From positions 1 to 36,116 of the forward strand of contig JAYUCF010000005.1 in NCBI GenBank assembly GCA_043740495.1: a DNA stretch of 36,116 nt, written 5' to 3'. The notes below the pieces were generated by a model, which did no database searches, had not been told where the DNA came from, and worked only from the letters and a program-made list of their open reading frames with translations. Made by a program: the position numbers and the translations under genes. Positions 1 to 8,223 of the stretch are shown here, piece by piece; the stretch's first letter is position 1; every line of letters begins with the position of its first letter. This DNA is from a bacterium. Its GTDB lineage: Bacteria; Patescibacteriota; Saccharimonadia; UBA4664.

Positions 1-2139
1 TTGCACACCGTGCGCCCCAAGACGGCGGAATGAAATACTGTGAGCCATCAGAAAGCCATTTATCGTGAGCAGCGACGTTGCGCACGCTCCTTCTGTAGCA
101 GCTGGCAATGGTGGAAACAGTGGCTTGCCCTCCTCGCAGGTATCGATGTTCCCGTTGGTGAACAAGTATGCGTCCACGTTTAGTACAGCCGCCCGAATCA
201 CGATATCAGATGCGGATATAACACCTAAGGATGGCACATTGTTCGGTGCGAAATTAGCACTGCTGCGTGTTATTGCTCCTGACACCCGCACCACGCCGAA
301 TGCATTGGTCTTCACAATCGTTACTGATTGTCCCCCGACAACTCCCACCGTTCCCAAGATGTTCAAATCCCCAGGTCCGTCAAAGTAGTAGATTCCTTGC
401 TTTCCGGTGACGTTAAAAGTCGTCACAGGCCCCGTGATCGCGATAGGAGTCCAGGCCAACATAGTACCCCGGTACGTATTCGCGGCTGTCAACAGATCCG
501 GCCGACACGCCCGAAGATACCCCCCCGCTACCCCGAGATTAAGCGTATTGCCACCCGGTACCCTAGCCGACCCGAAGTTGCTTATAGCGATGGGGGGAGG
601 AGCTGAGGCTGAAACCACATACTCTCCCAACGAATCAGCGCTCGGATTACCCGTCACGTAGCCTGCTGTTCCCGGCCCATTTAAGACCCCTGTCTCGGGT
701 TTACATAGTCCTCCGCCGGCATGGATATCCCCCTTGAAGCCCTGGACGGCCGGGAAACGTGTTCGAAATACGTCTATGCACGCCGGCGTTAATGGGTTTC
801 GCGGCGACCCCCAATGGTCCTCAGAAGTCGGACTCAAATTTGTTCCGTCCCAGTTCCCCGGATCAATAGTGTTGGTAAAGCATACCTGCTGAATTGTCGG
901 GAATTCGGGCATCGATCCGTCGATCTGCACGCAAAATGTCCTGTTTAAAGTCGAACTCAGGGACGGCAATGGCCCCCACGACACACTCGGACCAGGTGGC
1001 CCTCCGCTAAGAGGGTCAGTCAAAGACGCGTAATTCATGGCGCCGCCCCCTGACTTCGCTACGCTCATCGTAAACTCCCCAGTCTGGGTGCCGGCGTAAT
1101 TTGTTGCTATCGCGTTAAAGCTGCAATTTGGACCAAGCCCGGGCTCAAGGTGTGGGCGAGGGCCTGCTACCGCGTTTGTCAGCTCCGGAGTGATCCTGTA
1201 CGGCGGCAAGACATCGGCCGTCATGCTATAGCACAAACCCGAACCTCGATCCGCTCCAGTGTCGGAGGTTTTCCATATCGCCTTGTCCGCCACCTGGATC
1301 GACAGCAAGTTCGTCGCCGGTGGCGGGTATAAACTAGTCAATGGAATCACGCCGGATTGACTAGTGCTAGTAGCAATGGTGCTAAATAAGGGGGTCCCAT
1401 TTAAGTACACGTTCATCCAGTCATCGGCCTGGAAGTACAGTTTGATATTAGTCAGAATGGGGTAGGTAGCTGGAAGGGTAAAAGTGTTTCGGAAGAAGGT
1501 CGTACCATTGCTATAAAGTCCATATCCGCCGGAGACGTAGCTCGGGTAATTGTTCTGCTGAAATAGTCCGCCCGGCCCAGAAGCTTGATCGGCAGTGTCC
1601 GGACCTGGTGAGCCCCAAATCATCGGTGCTCTGCCTCCATATAGGCCATCGCAGCTAAAATTGTTCGTAAAACCCCGGGAAGTTACCTGACTAAAACCAG
1701 CGTTACTTGCCCCGCTCGCCCATCCGCCTAGCGCACTGGGATAAGCCCAAGCACCAGGAGATGCACCCGGCGTTGTATAGGTCGATGTGCCTCCGTCCAG
1801 ATATCGATTATCGCAGGTTCCTGATGTATTAAATGTGTTACCTGGATCAGAATACCCGGGCACTCCGTTATTATCGGCAAACCAAGGTAAGGTCTTGTAG
1901 CTGGTAGTCCCAGGGAGGCACCCTTCACTCCTCTGTGGCCAGTTCACGCTTCCAGGACCAAGCAGGCTGCGATACTCCGCGAGACTATAGTAGGCGCTCC
2001 AGTTCTGGGCATAATCACTCGAGGCTAAGACTATCGTAGACGCTGCTGCTGCCGGTGCAGCTGGTATCGGAAAATTACCGAGCTGCAAGGCACTTACCAC
2101 TAAAATAGCCGACAAAGCGTTAAGCCCGGCGCGTTTCAT
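1..2139 (-). CDS. Secreted protein of unknown function, partial (C-terminus lies beyond window start; 713 codons visible)
   Basis: It is absent from the ORF track because it runs off the edge. I checked the frame triplet by triplet and found no in-frame stop from 2139 down to 1. ATG at 2139-2137 with a weak AGGGA 5 nt upstream. N-terminus MKRAGLNALSAILVVSALQLGNFPIPAAPAAAAS looks like a signal peptide. FFRNTFTLPATYPILTNIKLYFQADDWMNVYLNG resembles galactose-binding-like jelly-roll domains (weak, by eye). Confidence 0.7.
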   Translation of the reverse strand, partial: MKRAGLNALSAILVVSALQLGNFPIPAAPAAAASTIVLASSDYAQNWSAYYSLAEYRSLLGPGSVNWPQRSEGCLPGTTSYKTLPWFADNNGVPGYSDPGNTFNTSGTCDNRYLDGGTSTYTTPGASPGAWAYPSALGGWASGASNAGFSQVTSRGFTNNFSCDGLYGGRAPMIWGSPGPDTADQASGPGGLFQQNNYPSYVSGGYGLYSNGTTFFRNTFTLPATYPILTNIKLYFQADDWMNVYLNGTPLFSTIATSTSQSGVIPLTSLYPPPATNLLSIQVADKAIWKTSDTGADRGSGLCYSMTADVLPPYRITPELTNAVAGPRPHLEPGLGPNCSFNAIATNYAGTQTGEFTMSVAKSGGGAMNYASLTDPLSGGPPGPSVSWGPLPSLSSTLNRTFCVQIDGSMPEFPTIQQVCFTNTIDPGNWDGTNLSPTSEDHWGSPRNPLTPACIDVFRTRFPAVQGFKGDIHAGGGLCKPETGVLNGPGTAGYVTGNPSADSLGEYVVSASAPPPIAISNFGSARVPGGNTLNLGVAGGYLRACRPDLLTAANTYRGTMLAWTPIAITGPVTTFNVTGKQGIYYFDGPGDLNILGTVGVVGGQSVTIVKTNAFGVVRVSGAITRSSANFAPNNVPSLGVISASDIVIRAAVLNVDAYLFTNGNIDTCEEGKPLFPPLPAATEGACATSLLTINGFLMAHSISFRRLGAHGVQ

Positions 2140-2155
2140 AGTATCCCTGACACTT

Positions 2156-2593
2156 TTATTCATCGTACCCACCCCATACCGAAACAGCGACAAGTGTGCT
2201 TTTATCATATGCTACGACAGACTTCTGCCCTGATTCCAAAGTTGACTTATCGGCAGTTGCCCCCCGCTTCCCATGCATATACTTAGTTTTATCAGTCAGC
2301 TTTAACATTACTGGCTCTTTCTGACCACTTAACGTGAAAGTAATCCCTGTTGCAGCGATTGCAGTGATAATTCCATTCGCCCGTACTGCATTTTTGGCGG
2401 CCCGGAGCTGCTCAGCCGTAGGTGGGCTAGCATATATTATCGCGGACGGCGGCGAGGCTTTCCTGGGCCCAACCAATCCCAGGATTAAGGCAGCGCTCAA
2501 AGCTCCAATGCCGAGTAGCATTATACCCAAACCACGCCACACCCAGACCGAGTGAGTTTTGTACCAAGATTGTGGTTGCGGTATTTGCGGCAT
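2156..2593 (-). CDS. Small N-terminally membrane-anchored protein, unknown function (145 aa)
   Basis: ORF track. Single hydrophobic helix WVWRGLGIMLLGIGALSAALILGLV followed by a soluble domain. It sits 17 nt upstream of the secreted protein gene on the same strand. No recognisable motif. Confidence 0.6.
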   Translation of the reverse strand: MPQIPQPQSWYKTHSVWVWRGLGIMLLGIGALSAALILGLVGPRKASPPSAIIYASPPTAEQLRAAKNAVRANGIITAIAATGITFTLSGQKEPVMLKLTDKTKYMHGKRGATADKSTLESGQKSVVAYDKSTLVAVSVWGGYDE

Positions 2594-2876
2594 AAGTATT
2601 CAAACCATAACTGTTTTATAGCGCATTATCAACTATAAGCATGGTGAAACTTGAATATAAATCCAACAATCGTGCAGTTAATTGAATACAAACCAGTTTG
2701 TCTTCTCAAACAACGCGAACGCTGGTGTTGGTTTAAACATGTCAGATTGCAAGGGGTCGGAGGCCCATAGGGGCCCCCTGAATGGTCTTACCACGGCCGA
2801 CCAGAGGGGGCAGGAGTTGTAAGTGGCTGGGTTGCCACTCAAAACGTCACTGCACGCCCTCCGGCGGCCGATGGTA

Positions 2877-3548
2877 CTAGCTAACCAGCTTCGCGTACAC
2901 CACCAAATTACTGAGATGATGCTGCGCCACTACTGGCGATTTTTTGTCGCAGGTAATCACAACGATTTCCGGATAGTCATTGTTCGACTTCCAGATAGTT
3001 GCGTCATACATAGCATCGTTTTTCAGCTCGCTCTTGTGGCTGGTGACCACAAACGTGAGCGGTTGACCGTTGCTGCATTTCAGCGTTATGGGTGAACCTG
3101 GCGGCACCTCGTTGAGGTTCCAGAAAGTACTGGGTCCATCCCACTCGTCGTGGCCGGCAATCACCGAAGCGCCAACAGCCCCTGGCTTGGGACTGGGCTT
3201 GTACCAAACAACCTGCCCGCGAGGAGGTACTAGCTCCCCTGCATTGTTCAGGCCATAAGGTATTACGCTTTCGTTAACCTTGATCGACGGGATCGAAATC
3301 CACGTCGGTGTACAAGCCGATACCGGTGGTAGAGCCTTCTTGTGCTCAGCCCTTACTGACGAGCTGGCGCTCGTCGGCAAAGACTTTGCGGGGGTCGGCG
3401 TACTACGAACGGTATCCGCAGGGGGAGACGCTGTCGCGGTTGGCGGCAGCATCGACAAAGCCAAGGTTTTGTCCTGATGTTCCGAGAGGAATACCAGGAC
3501 AAGCCAACTGGCCAAGCAGACCAACACTGTCCGGCGGAGCCGTCTCAC
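2877..3548 (-). CDS. Sortase, class-F-like transpeptidase (223 aa)
   Basis: GTG start preceded by AGGAGGAG. N-terminal anchor LVCLASWLVLVFL. Pro/Ser/Thr-rich linker. His motif VIAGHDEWDGPSTFWNL and Cys motif EIVVITCD, in the order typical of sortases. Confidence 0.8.
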   Translation of the reverse strand: MRRLRRTVLVCLASWLVLVFLSEHQDKTLALSMLPPTATASPPADTVRSTPTPAKSLPTSASSSVRAEHKKALPPVSACTPTWISIPSIKVNESVIPYGLNNAGELVPPRGQVVWYKPSPKPGAVGASVIAGHDEWDGPSTFWNLNEVPPGSPITLKCSNGQPLTFVVTSHKSELKNDAMYDATIWKSNNDYPEIVVITCDKKSPVVAQHHLSNLVVYAKLVS

Positions 3549-3578
3549 TTCTCCTCCTTCAGATAATCTTGAGCACCG

Positions 3579-4760
3579 TCAGCGACGGCGCTGGCTAACC
3601 CTTACCCGACGACGTCGAGCGAATAGGAGCTTCACGCCGCCCACCAATAAGGCCAGGAGAATGAGATCATTCCTGAACTGATCGTTACTCGTGGCACTCG
3701 CGCTGTTGGCCGGACCAACGAGGTCGGTCACAGTCTTCGGCCCGAGCGGGAGCGCCGGGCGATGTACCACTGGAGTGATGACCTTCACTGGGGGGGTGAT
3801 GATCTTCACTGGCGGCTTAATGGTCACCGGCGGTGCACACGCCTTGGTGTCAAAGGTGTCCTTGAACGTCCAGGAGTTCTGAGCGTCATTGGTGAACTTG
3901 AACCCCGCGGCCGGTGTGGCCGTGTATGCCACCGACTCCCCTGACTTCAGCGCGGTGCTGCCGCTCGGGTTCCAGATGACACCCTCCATGTTGGCGGGTG
4001 TGACCGTCTCGTTGGGGTTGGTGCAGCTGGGGGCGGTGGCCATCGGTTTGACGGGGGTCACAATCTTCAAACAGACCGCCGTGTCAAAGGTGTCCTTGAA
4101 CGTCCAGGAGTTCTGAGCGTCGTTGGTGAACTTGAACCCCGCGGCCGGTGTGGCCGTGTATGTCACCGACTCCCCTGGCTTCAGCGCGGTGCTGCCGCTC
4201 GGGTTCCAGATGACACCCTCCATGTTGGCGGGTGTGACCTTCTCGTTGGGGTTGGTGCAGCTGGGGGCGGTGGCCATCGGTTTGACGGGGGTCACGGATT
4301 TCAGCTCATGGCACTTGGGCGGCGTCCGGAACGTCGCACTAGGGATGTAGACCGGTTGGTCGTCGCCGCGATTGAGCGTTGCGCTCTTCAGGAGCTTGTC
4401 GACGAATGCGCGGTGCGCGGAAGTGTCGTACCTGTATACATCCACCTGAAACTTCTTGTCCCCGGTTGGGGTGCACTGGGGCACCTGATGACCGTAGGTG
4501 GCACCGTCCTGAGGCCAGACAACCCCCGAGGGGTTACTGCCAGGCATCATCCAGGCGACACTCTTCGTGTCGTTCTGGCTGCCGCCGGCGAATGCCGGAA
4601 CGATTGCCGTGAAGCTGAAACCGAACATCACCACGGCCGCGGCCATCGAGATTATCCCCCGCCAGCGGATGTGAAGCCCGCGTCGGTTGCTGCTGCGATT
4701 GAGGTGCCGAAATATCCCCGGGAGGGAATACCACCAGCGTGGCTTGCGATGTCTGGACAT
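3579..4760 (-). CDS. Cell-surface protein with two 78-aa tandem repeats and a C-terminal hydrophobic/poly-Arg anchor; probable sortase substrate
   Basis: ATG with AAGGAGA 5 nt upstream. N-terminal signal-like helix MAAAVVMFGFSFTAIVPAFAGG. Two repeats of (I/S)VTPVKPMATAPSCTNPNE.VTPANMEGVIWNPSGSTALK.GESV.YTATPAAGFKFTNDAQNSWTFKDTFDT (Ig/B-repeat-like by eye). PPVK(I/V)ITP mini-repeats. C-terminus LILLALLVGGVKLLFARRRRVRVSQRRR. Confidence 0.8.
   Translation of the reverse strand: MSRHRKPRWWYSLPGIFRHLNRSSNRRGLHIRWRGIISMAAAVVMFGFSFTAIVPAFAGGSQNDTKSVAWMMPGSNPSGVVWPQDGATYGHQVPQCTPTGDKKFQVDVYRYDTSAHRAFVDKLLKSATLNRGDDQPVYIPSATFRTPPKCHELKSVTPVKPMATAPSCTNPNEKVTPANMEGVIWNPSGSTALKPGESVTYTATPAAGFKFTNDAQNSWTFKDTFDTAVCLKIVTPVKPMATAPSCTNPNETVTPANMEGVIWNPSGSTALKSGESVAYTATPAAGFKFTNDAQNSWTFKDTFDTKACAPPVTIKPPVKIITPPVKVITPVVHRPALPLGPKTVTDLVGPANSASATSNDQFRNDLILLALLVGGVKLLFARRRRVRVSQRRR
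3847..4295. repeat. Tandem direct repeat, period 234 bp (2 copies) inside the surface-protein gene
   Basis: 3847-4061 and 4081-4295 differ at only 4 of 215 aligned positions by my count. The period is in frame (78 codons). Confidence 0.9.
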
Positions 4761-5023
4761 GCCAGTCTCCTTGGACTGTAGAACCCGAACTCAATTGAAT
4801 CCGAGGCTTTCCCCTGAAGGATCGCGCCCAATCGATTTTAGTAAATAAACTAAGCGCGGTCCTAAAGGTTCGCAGCAAAAACGCCCTAAACAAAAAACAC
4901 ACGTTAAGTGCGGTAGCATAACCATATTTGCAATCTGACATGTTAATGTGCGCACCCTGGAAGGTCCGAGAGCAAACATAAAAGTAACGCCCAAACGTTC
5001 CTCAACTCCAGAATAACCTTTCT

Positions 5024-5052
5024 ATTCTTGGTTAATATAAGCATTTTGTCAA
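5024..5052 (-). promoter_or_regulatory. Candidate sigma70-type promoter for the surface-protein/sortase operon (TTGACA-17-AAGAAT)
   Basis: Read on the minus strand: TTGACA (5052-5047), 17 nt spacer, AAGAAT (5029-5024). This would give a ~250 nt leader before the ATG at 4760. Confidence 0.35.
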
Positions 5053-5074
5053 TATTAATAGTCCCTATTATAAT
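5046..5074 (+). promoter_or_regulatory. Candidate sigma70-type promoter (TTGTCA-17-TATAAT)
   Basis: TTGTCA 5046-5051, exact 17 nt spacer, consensus TATAAT 5069-5074. It faces ychF, and its -35 overlaps the minus-strand -35. Confidence 0.45.
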
Positions 5075-5139
5075 TACTGCATATCGGTTGCCCAGCGGTA
5101 TTTATCGGTATCCGGGGTCAACCATATGAACTCCGCCTC

Positions 5140-5148
5140 TGTTAGAAT
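5140..5148 (+). promoter_or_regulatory. Extended -10 box TGtTAGAAT, 7 nt before the ychF ATG (leaderless-type)
   Basis: TGTTAGAAT at 5140-5148, then 7 nt, then ATG 5156. No SD-like sequence in between. Confidence 0.5.
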
Positions 5149-5155
5149 AGACCTC

Positions 5156-6232
5156 ATGAGTTTATCTATTGGCATCGCCGGCCTCCCTAACGTCGGTAAA
5201 TCCACCCTCTTTAATGCCCTCACCAAGAACAACGTTCTGGCGGCCAACTATCCCTTTGCTACCATCGAGCCCAACGTAGGTATCGTGGCCCTACCCGACC
5301 TGCGCCTGGCCGAGCTCGCCAAGCTCTACAATTCCGAAAAAATCCTGCCCGCTCCTGTAACCTTCGTGGATATCGCCGGGATAGTTCGCGGCGCCTCCGT
5401 GGGTGAGGGCCTCGGCAACAAATTCCTAGCCAATATTCGCGAAGCCAACGCCATAGTCCAAGTCGTCCGGGCTTTTCACGACCCCAATGTTATTCATGTC
5501 GACGGCCAGCCCGACCCCAAGCGCGATATCGAGACCATAAATACTGAGCTCATCCTCGCCGACCTCCAAACTATCGATAGCCGTATCAAGAAGCTGGAAA
5601 GTGAAGCCCGCCGCGATCCAAAAGGCGCCGGACTACTCTTGGCTGCCATCACTCCTGCCCGGAAACTGCTTGATTCGGGGAAAACTCTCTACGGATCCAA
5701 ACTCGACCTCAAACCGTTAGCCGAGCTGCATTTGCTGTCTGCCAAACCATTTATTTATGTGTTCAATCTTGACGAAAATGATCTCGGAGATGCCCACCTG
5801 AAGACACAACTTGCTCAATTAGTAGCACCCGCTACTCCGGTATTTCTTTGCGCAAAAATTGAGTCCGAACTCATGGAATTGCCCGACGATGAAGCTTCAG
5901 AATTGTTGCTATCCATGGGTCAAGCCGAATCCGGTATCAACCAGCTTGCCCGTGTCGGATTCGCCACCCTCGGGCTCCAAACCTACCTCACCGCCGGCCC
6001 CAAGGAAGTGCGAGCCTGGACTATTCCTGCAGGCGCCACCGCTCCGGAGGCGGCGGGCGTAATTCACACCGACTTCCAGAAAGGCTTCATCAAAGCCGAA
6101 ATCGTGAGCTACCACGACCTCATCGCCACCGGCTCCCTCGTCGCCGCCCGGGGCGCCGGTAAGGCGCGTCTCGAAGGCAAAGACTACCTTATGCACGATG
6201 GCGACGTAGTTGAATTCCGCTTCAATGTCTAA
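5156..6232 (+). CDS. ychF: Ribosome-binding ATPase YchF (Obg-family GTPase/ATPase)
   Basis: [23 protein letters not shown] matches the canonical YchF N-terminus and P-loop. The C-terminal TGS-like region ends [19 protein letters not shown]. Start 5156 is preferred over the ORF-track start 5126, which adds 10 non-conserved residues. Confidence 0.95.
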   Translation: MSLSIGIAGLPNVGKSTLFNALTKNNVLAANYPFATIEPNVGIVALPDLRLAELAKLYNSEKILPAPVTFVDIAGIVRGASVGEGLGNKFLANIREANAIVQVVRAFHDPNVIHVDGQPDPKRDIETINTELILADLQTIDSRIKKLESEARRDPKGAGLLLAAITPARKLLDSGKTLYGSKLDLKPLAELHLLSAKPFIYVFNLDENDLGDAHLKTQLAQLVAPATPVFLCAKIESELMELPDDEASELLLSMGQAESGINQLARVGFATLGLQTYLTAGPKEVRAWTIPAGATAPEAAGVIHTDFQKGFIKAEIVSYHDLIATGSLVAARGAGKARLEGKDYLMHDGDVVEFRFNV

Positions 6233-6983
6233 GTACCAGGCAATCGTTTTCGACCTCGACGGCACCGCTATTAGCAATTTTCAAGCAAGTATGCCCTCGC
6301 AGCGCCTAATTGAGACCGTTAACAAATACCGCGATAAAATTCACCTTATAGCTGCCACCGGCCGGACTATTCCCGATGCTCTCCCAGTGATCCGCGCTCT
6401 CGGGCTCACCAACCCCTGCATCGTGGCCGGAGGTACCATCATTATCGACCCTGCAACTATCGAAATCCTGGAACGCACCACTCTCCCGCCCGAATCAGTT
6501 CAAGCTATCATCCAACTGCTCGACGGCTACCCGCACTTCCCGACTTATATCCAAGAAGAACGTCTCGGCATAGGACCAAAAGCCGCTCATGGCCGAATAT
6601 ATGATGATGCCGACATCATATTCATAACGGATATTGGGCTGGAGTATGTCGAACCGATGGCTCGGCAGCTCAATGATATCCCGTTCATTACCACCAGCTC
6701 CGTAGACTCTTGGTCTGGCATTGGCCAAGCCCTCTGCATAACGCATGTTAATGCCACGAAAGAACACGCTGTAGCCACCGTTCTGAAGGGCTTGGACGTG
6801 TCGCGTGAGGCATCCATCGGAATCGGTGACGGCAACAACGACCTTCATCTTTTCCGTTCTGTCGGGCTCAAAATCGCCATGGGCAATGCTACTGCCCAAC
6901 TCAAGGCTGCTGCCGATCTGATCGCTCCCTCCGTCGACGATGATGGCCTCGCTGAAATCATCGAGCGCTACGCTACAAATTAG
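6225..6983 (+). CDS. HAD-superfamily hydrolase, Cof-type (subfamily IIB) phosphatase
   Basis: Motif I FDLDGT, motif II ATGR, and C-terminal GDGNNDL with AMGNA. ATG 6225 overlaps the ychF stop (ATGTCTAA). The 6210 start would lie inside ychF. Confidence 0.85.
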   Translation: MSKYQAIVFDLDGTAISNFQASMPSQRLIETVNKYRDKIHLIAATGRTIPDALPVIRALGLTNPCIVAGGTIIIDPATIEILERTTLPPESVQAIIQLLDGYPHFPTYIQEERLGIGPKAAHGRIYDDADIIFITDIGLEYVEPMARQLNDIPFITTSSVDSWSGIGQALCITHVNATKEHAVATVLKGLDVSREASIGIGDGNNDLHLFRSVGLKIAMGNATAQLKAAADLIAPSVDDDGLAEIIERYATN

Positions 6984-6991
6984 GCGAGGGT

Positions 6992-7504
6992 TTATCCCCG
7001 AGGCCGCCGATGCACACTCATGTCTCGCACCACATCCCCCGCGCCAAACAAAAACTCCCCCTCCACGTATTCTCCCGCCAGCACCTGCGGCAGCCAAAAC
7101 TCATCATCGGGCCACATATCGGCGTAGGGTATTGCCCCCAAACCGAACCACCTCGGAGCCATCTCCTCAGATTCGCTCGGTTCACCCTCCCATTCGTTGC
7201 AAACATACACATGGCAAATAATATTCTGTACCGGGTCATTCAGATCGTCTTCGAAATAAAATTTCAGCACTGCCACCTCTATGAGCTCACCCGTCACAAC
7301 GCCAATCTCCTCGCGGGTTTCCCGCGCCGCCGATTGCGCAAGCGTTTCACCCGACTCAACCTTGCCACCCGCGCCGTTCCACCGTCCAGCGCCAAATCCG
7401 CGCTTCTTCATCGCCAGCAGCAGCTGCCCCTGTCGCCTCAAAAATATTAAATTTGTCGGTTTGAGTGCGCTGGTATGCGCCGATGTATATTCAGCTATTG
7501 TCAT
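6992..7504 (-). CDS. NUDIX hydrolase (MutT-like)
   Basis: Nudix box GGKVESGETLAQSAARETREEIGV. Its ATG overlaps the tlyA stop (ATGA). Confidence 0.85.
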   Translation of the reverse strand: MTIAEYTSAHTSALKPTNLIFLRRQGQLLLAMKKRGFGAGRWNGAGGKVESGETLAQSAARETREEIGVVTGELIEVAVLKFYFEDDLNDPVQNIICHVYVCNEWEGEPSESEEMAPRWFGLGAIPYADMWPDDEFWLPQVLAGEYVEGEFLFGAGDVVRDMSVHRRPRG

Positions 7505-8223
7505 GACGCAGCCCGCAGCAGGAAAAACCGCTCCACATTACCCTCGGCACCCGCTAACCCTGAATCGGCTTCCGCCATAATCTCAAACCGCTGTCTCATC
7601 CATGCCCGCAAGCCCTCAAGCACTTCGTCGCGCTCCTCCCCCATCGGGATGACGCCGCGATATTTATCGGCCAACAGTTTACCGGCTTCGAACTGAGGCT
7701 TTGCCATAGCCACAATCACTCCGCCCGGCTTCACCAATGCCGCCGTTGGCTCCAGCACCTTTACCAATGATATGAACGACACGTCCATCACCGCCGTATC
7801 GGCCAATTCGGGCAATTTAGCCTCTCGAATATCAGTCCGCTCCATCACCACCACCCGGTCATCTTGACGCAATTTGTACGCCAATTGACCGGTTCCCACA
7901 TCCACGCAATATACTTGACGCGCGGCGTGCTGCAGAGCGTAGTCCGTAAACCCACCCGTCGACGATCCCACGTCCAGGACGATCTTGCCCCCAAAGTCCA
8001 GACCAAAAACCTGGGCTACCGAAGCCAGCTTATCCCCCGCGCGGCTCGCATAGCGCGGCTGATCTTTCACGTGCAGATCTGTCGATTCATCAAGGCTCAC
8101 CCCCGGCTTATCCAGCCGCTTACCGTTCGCCGACACTTGTCCGGCCATAATTAACGCTTGCGCCTGCGATCGCGTCGGCGCCAAGCCCCTTTCCACTAGC
8201 AGAACATCCAGACGCTGCTTCAC
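7501..8223 (-). CDS. tlyA: TlyA-family rRNA 2'-O-methyltransferase (S4 domain + FtsJ-like domain)
   Basis: N-terminal S4-like RLDVLLVERGLAPTRSQAQALIMAG. SAM motif LDVGSSTGGFTD. Its GTG start overlaps the efp stop (GTGA). Confidence 0.9.
   Translation of the reverse strand: MKQRLDVLLVERGLAPTRSQAQALIMAGQVSANGKRLDKPGVSLDESTDLHVKDQPRYASRAGDKLASVAQVFGLDFGGKIVLDVGSSTGGFTDYALQHAARQVYCVDVGTGQLAYKLRQDDRVVVMERTDIREAKLPELADTAVMDVSFISLVKVLEPTAALVKPGGVIVAMAKPQFEAGKLLADKYRGVIPMGEERDEVLEGLRAWMRQRFEIMAEADSGLAGAEGNVERFFLLRAAS

Noticed and set aside
4534-4994. Minus-strand ORFs 4534-4941 (135 aa) and 4791-4994 (67 aa) in the spacer upstream of the surface-protein gene
   Set aside because: The first overlaps the well-supported surface-protein N-terminus in another frame. 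The second is Cys/Leu/Arg-rich with no start signals. The region is better explained as promoter and leader.
5126-5155. N-terminal extensions offered by the ORF track: ychF from 5126, HAD from 6210, rpsT from 25216, methyltransferase from 25598, holA from 27682 and polA from 32216
   Set aside because: The extensions add residues not found in these families and overlap the preceding gene. They also ignore internal ATGs that coincide with the conserved N-termini and with SD or -10 signals.
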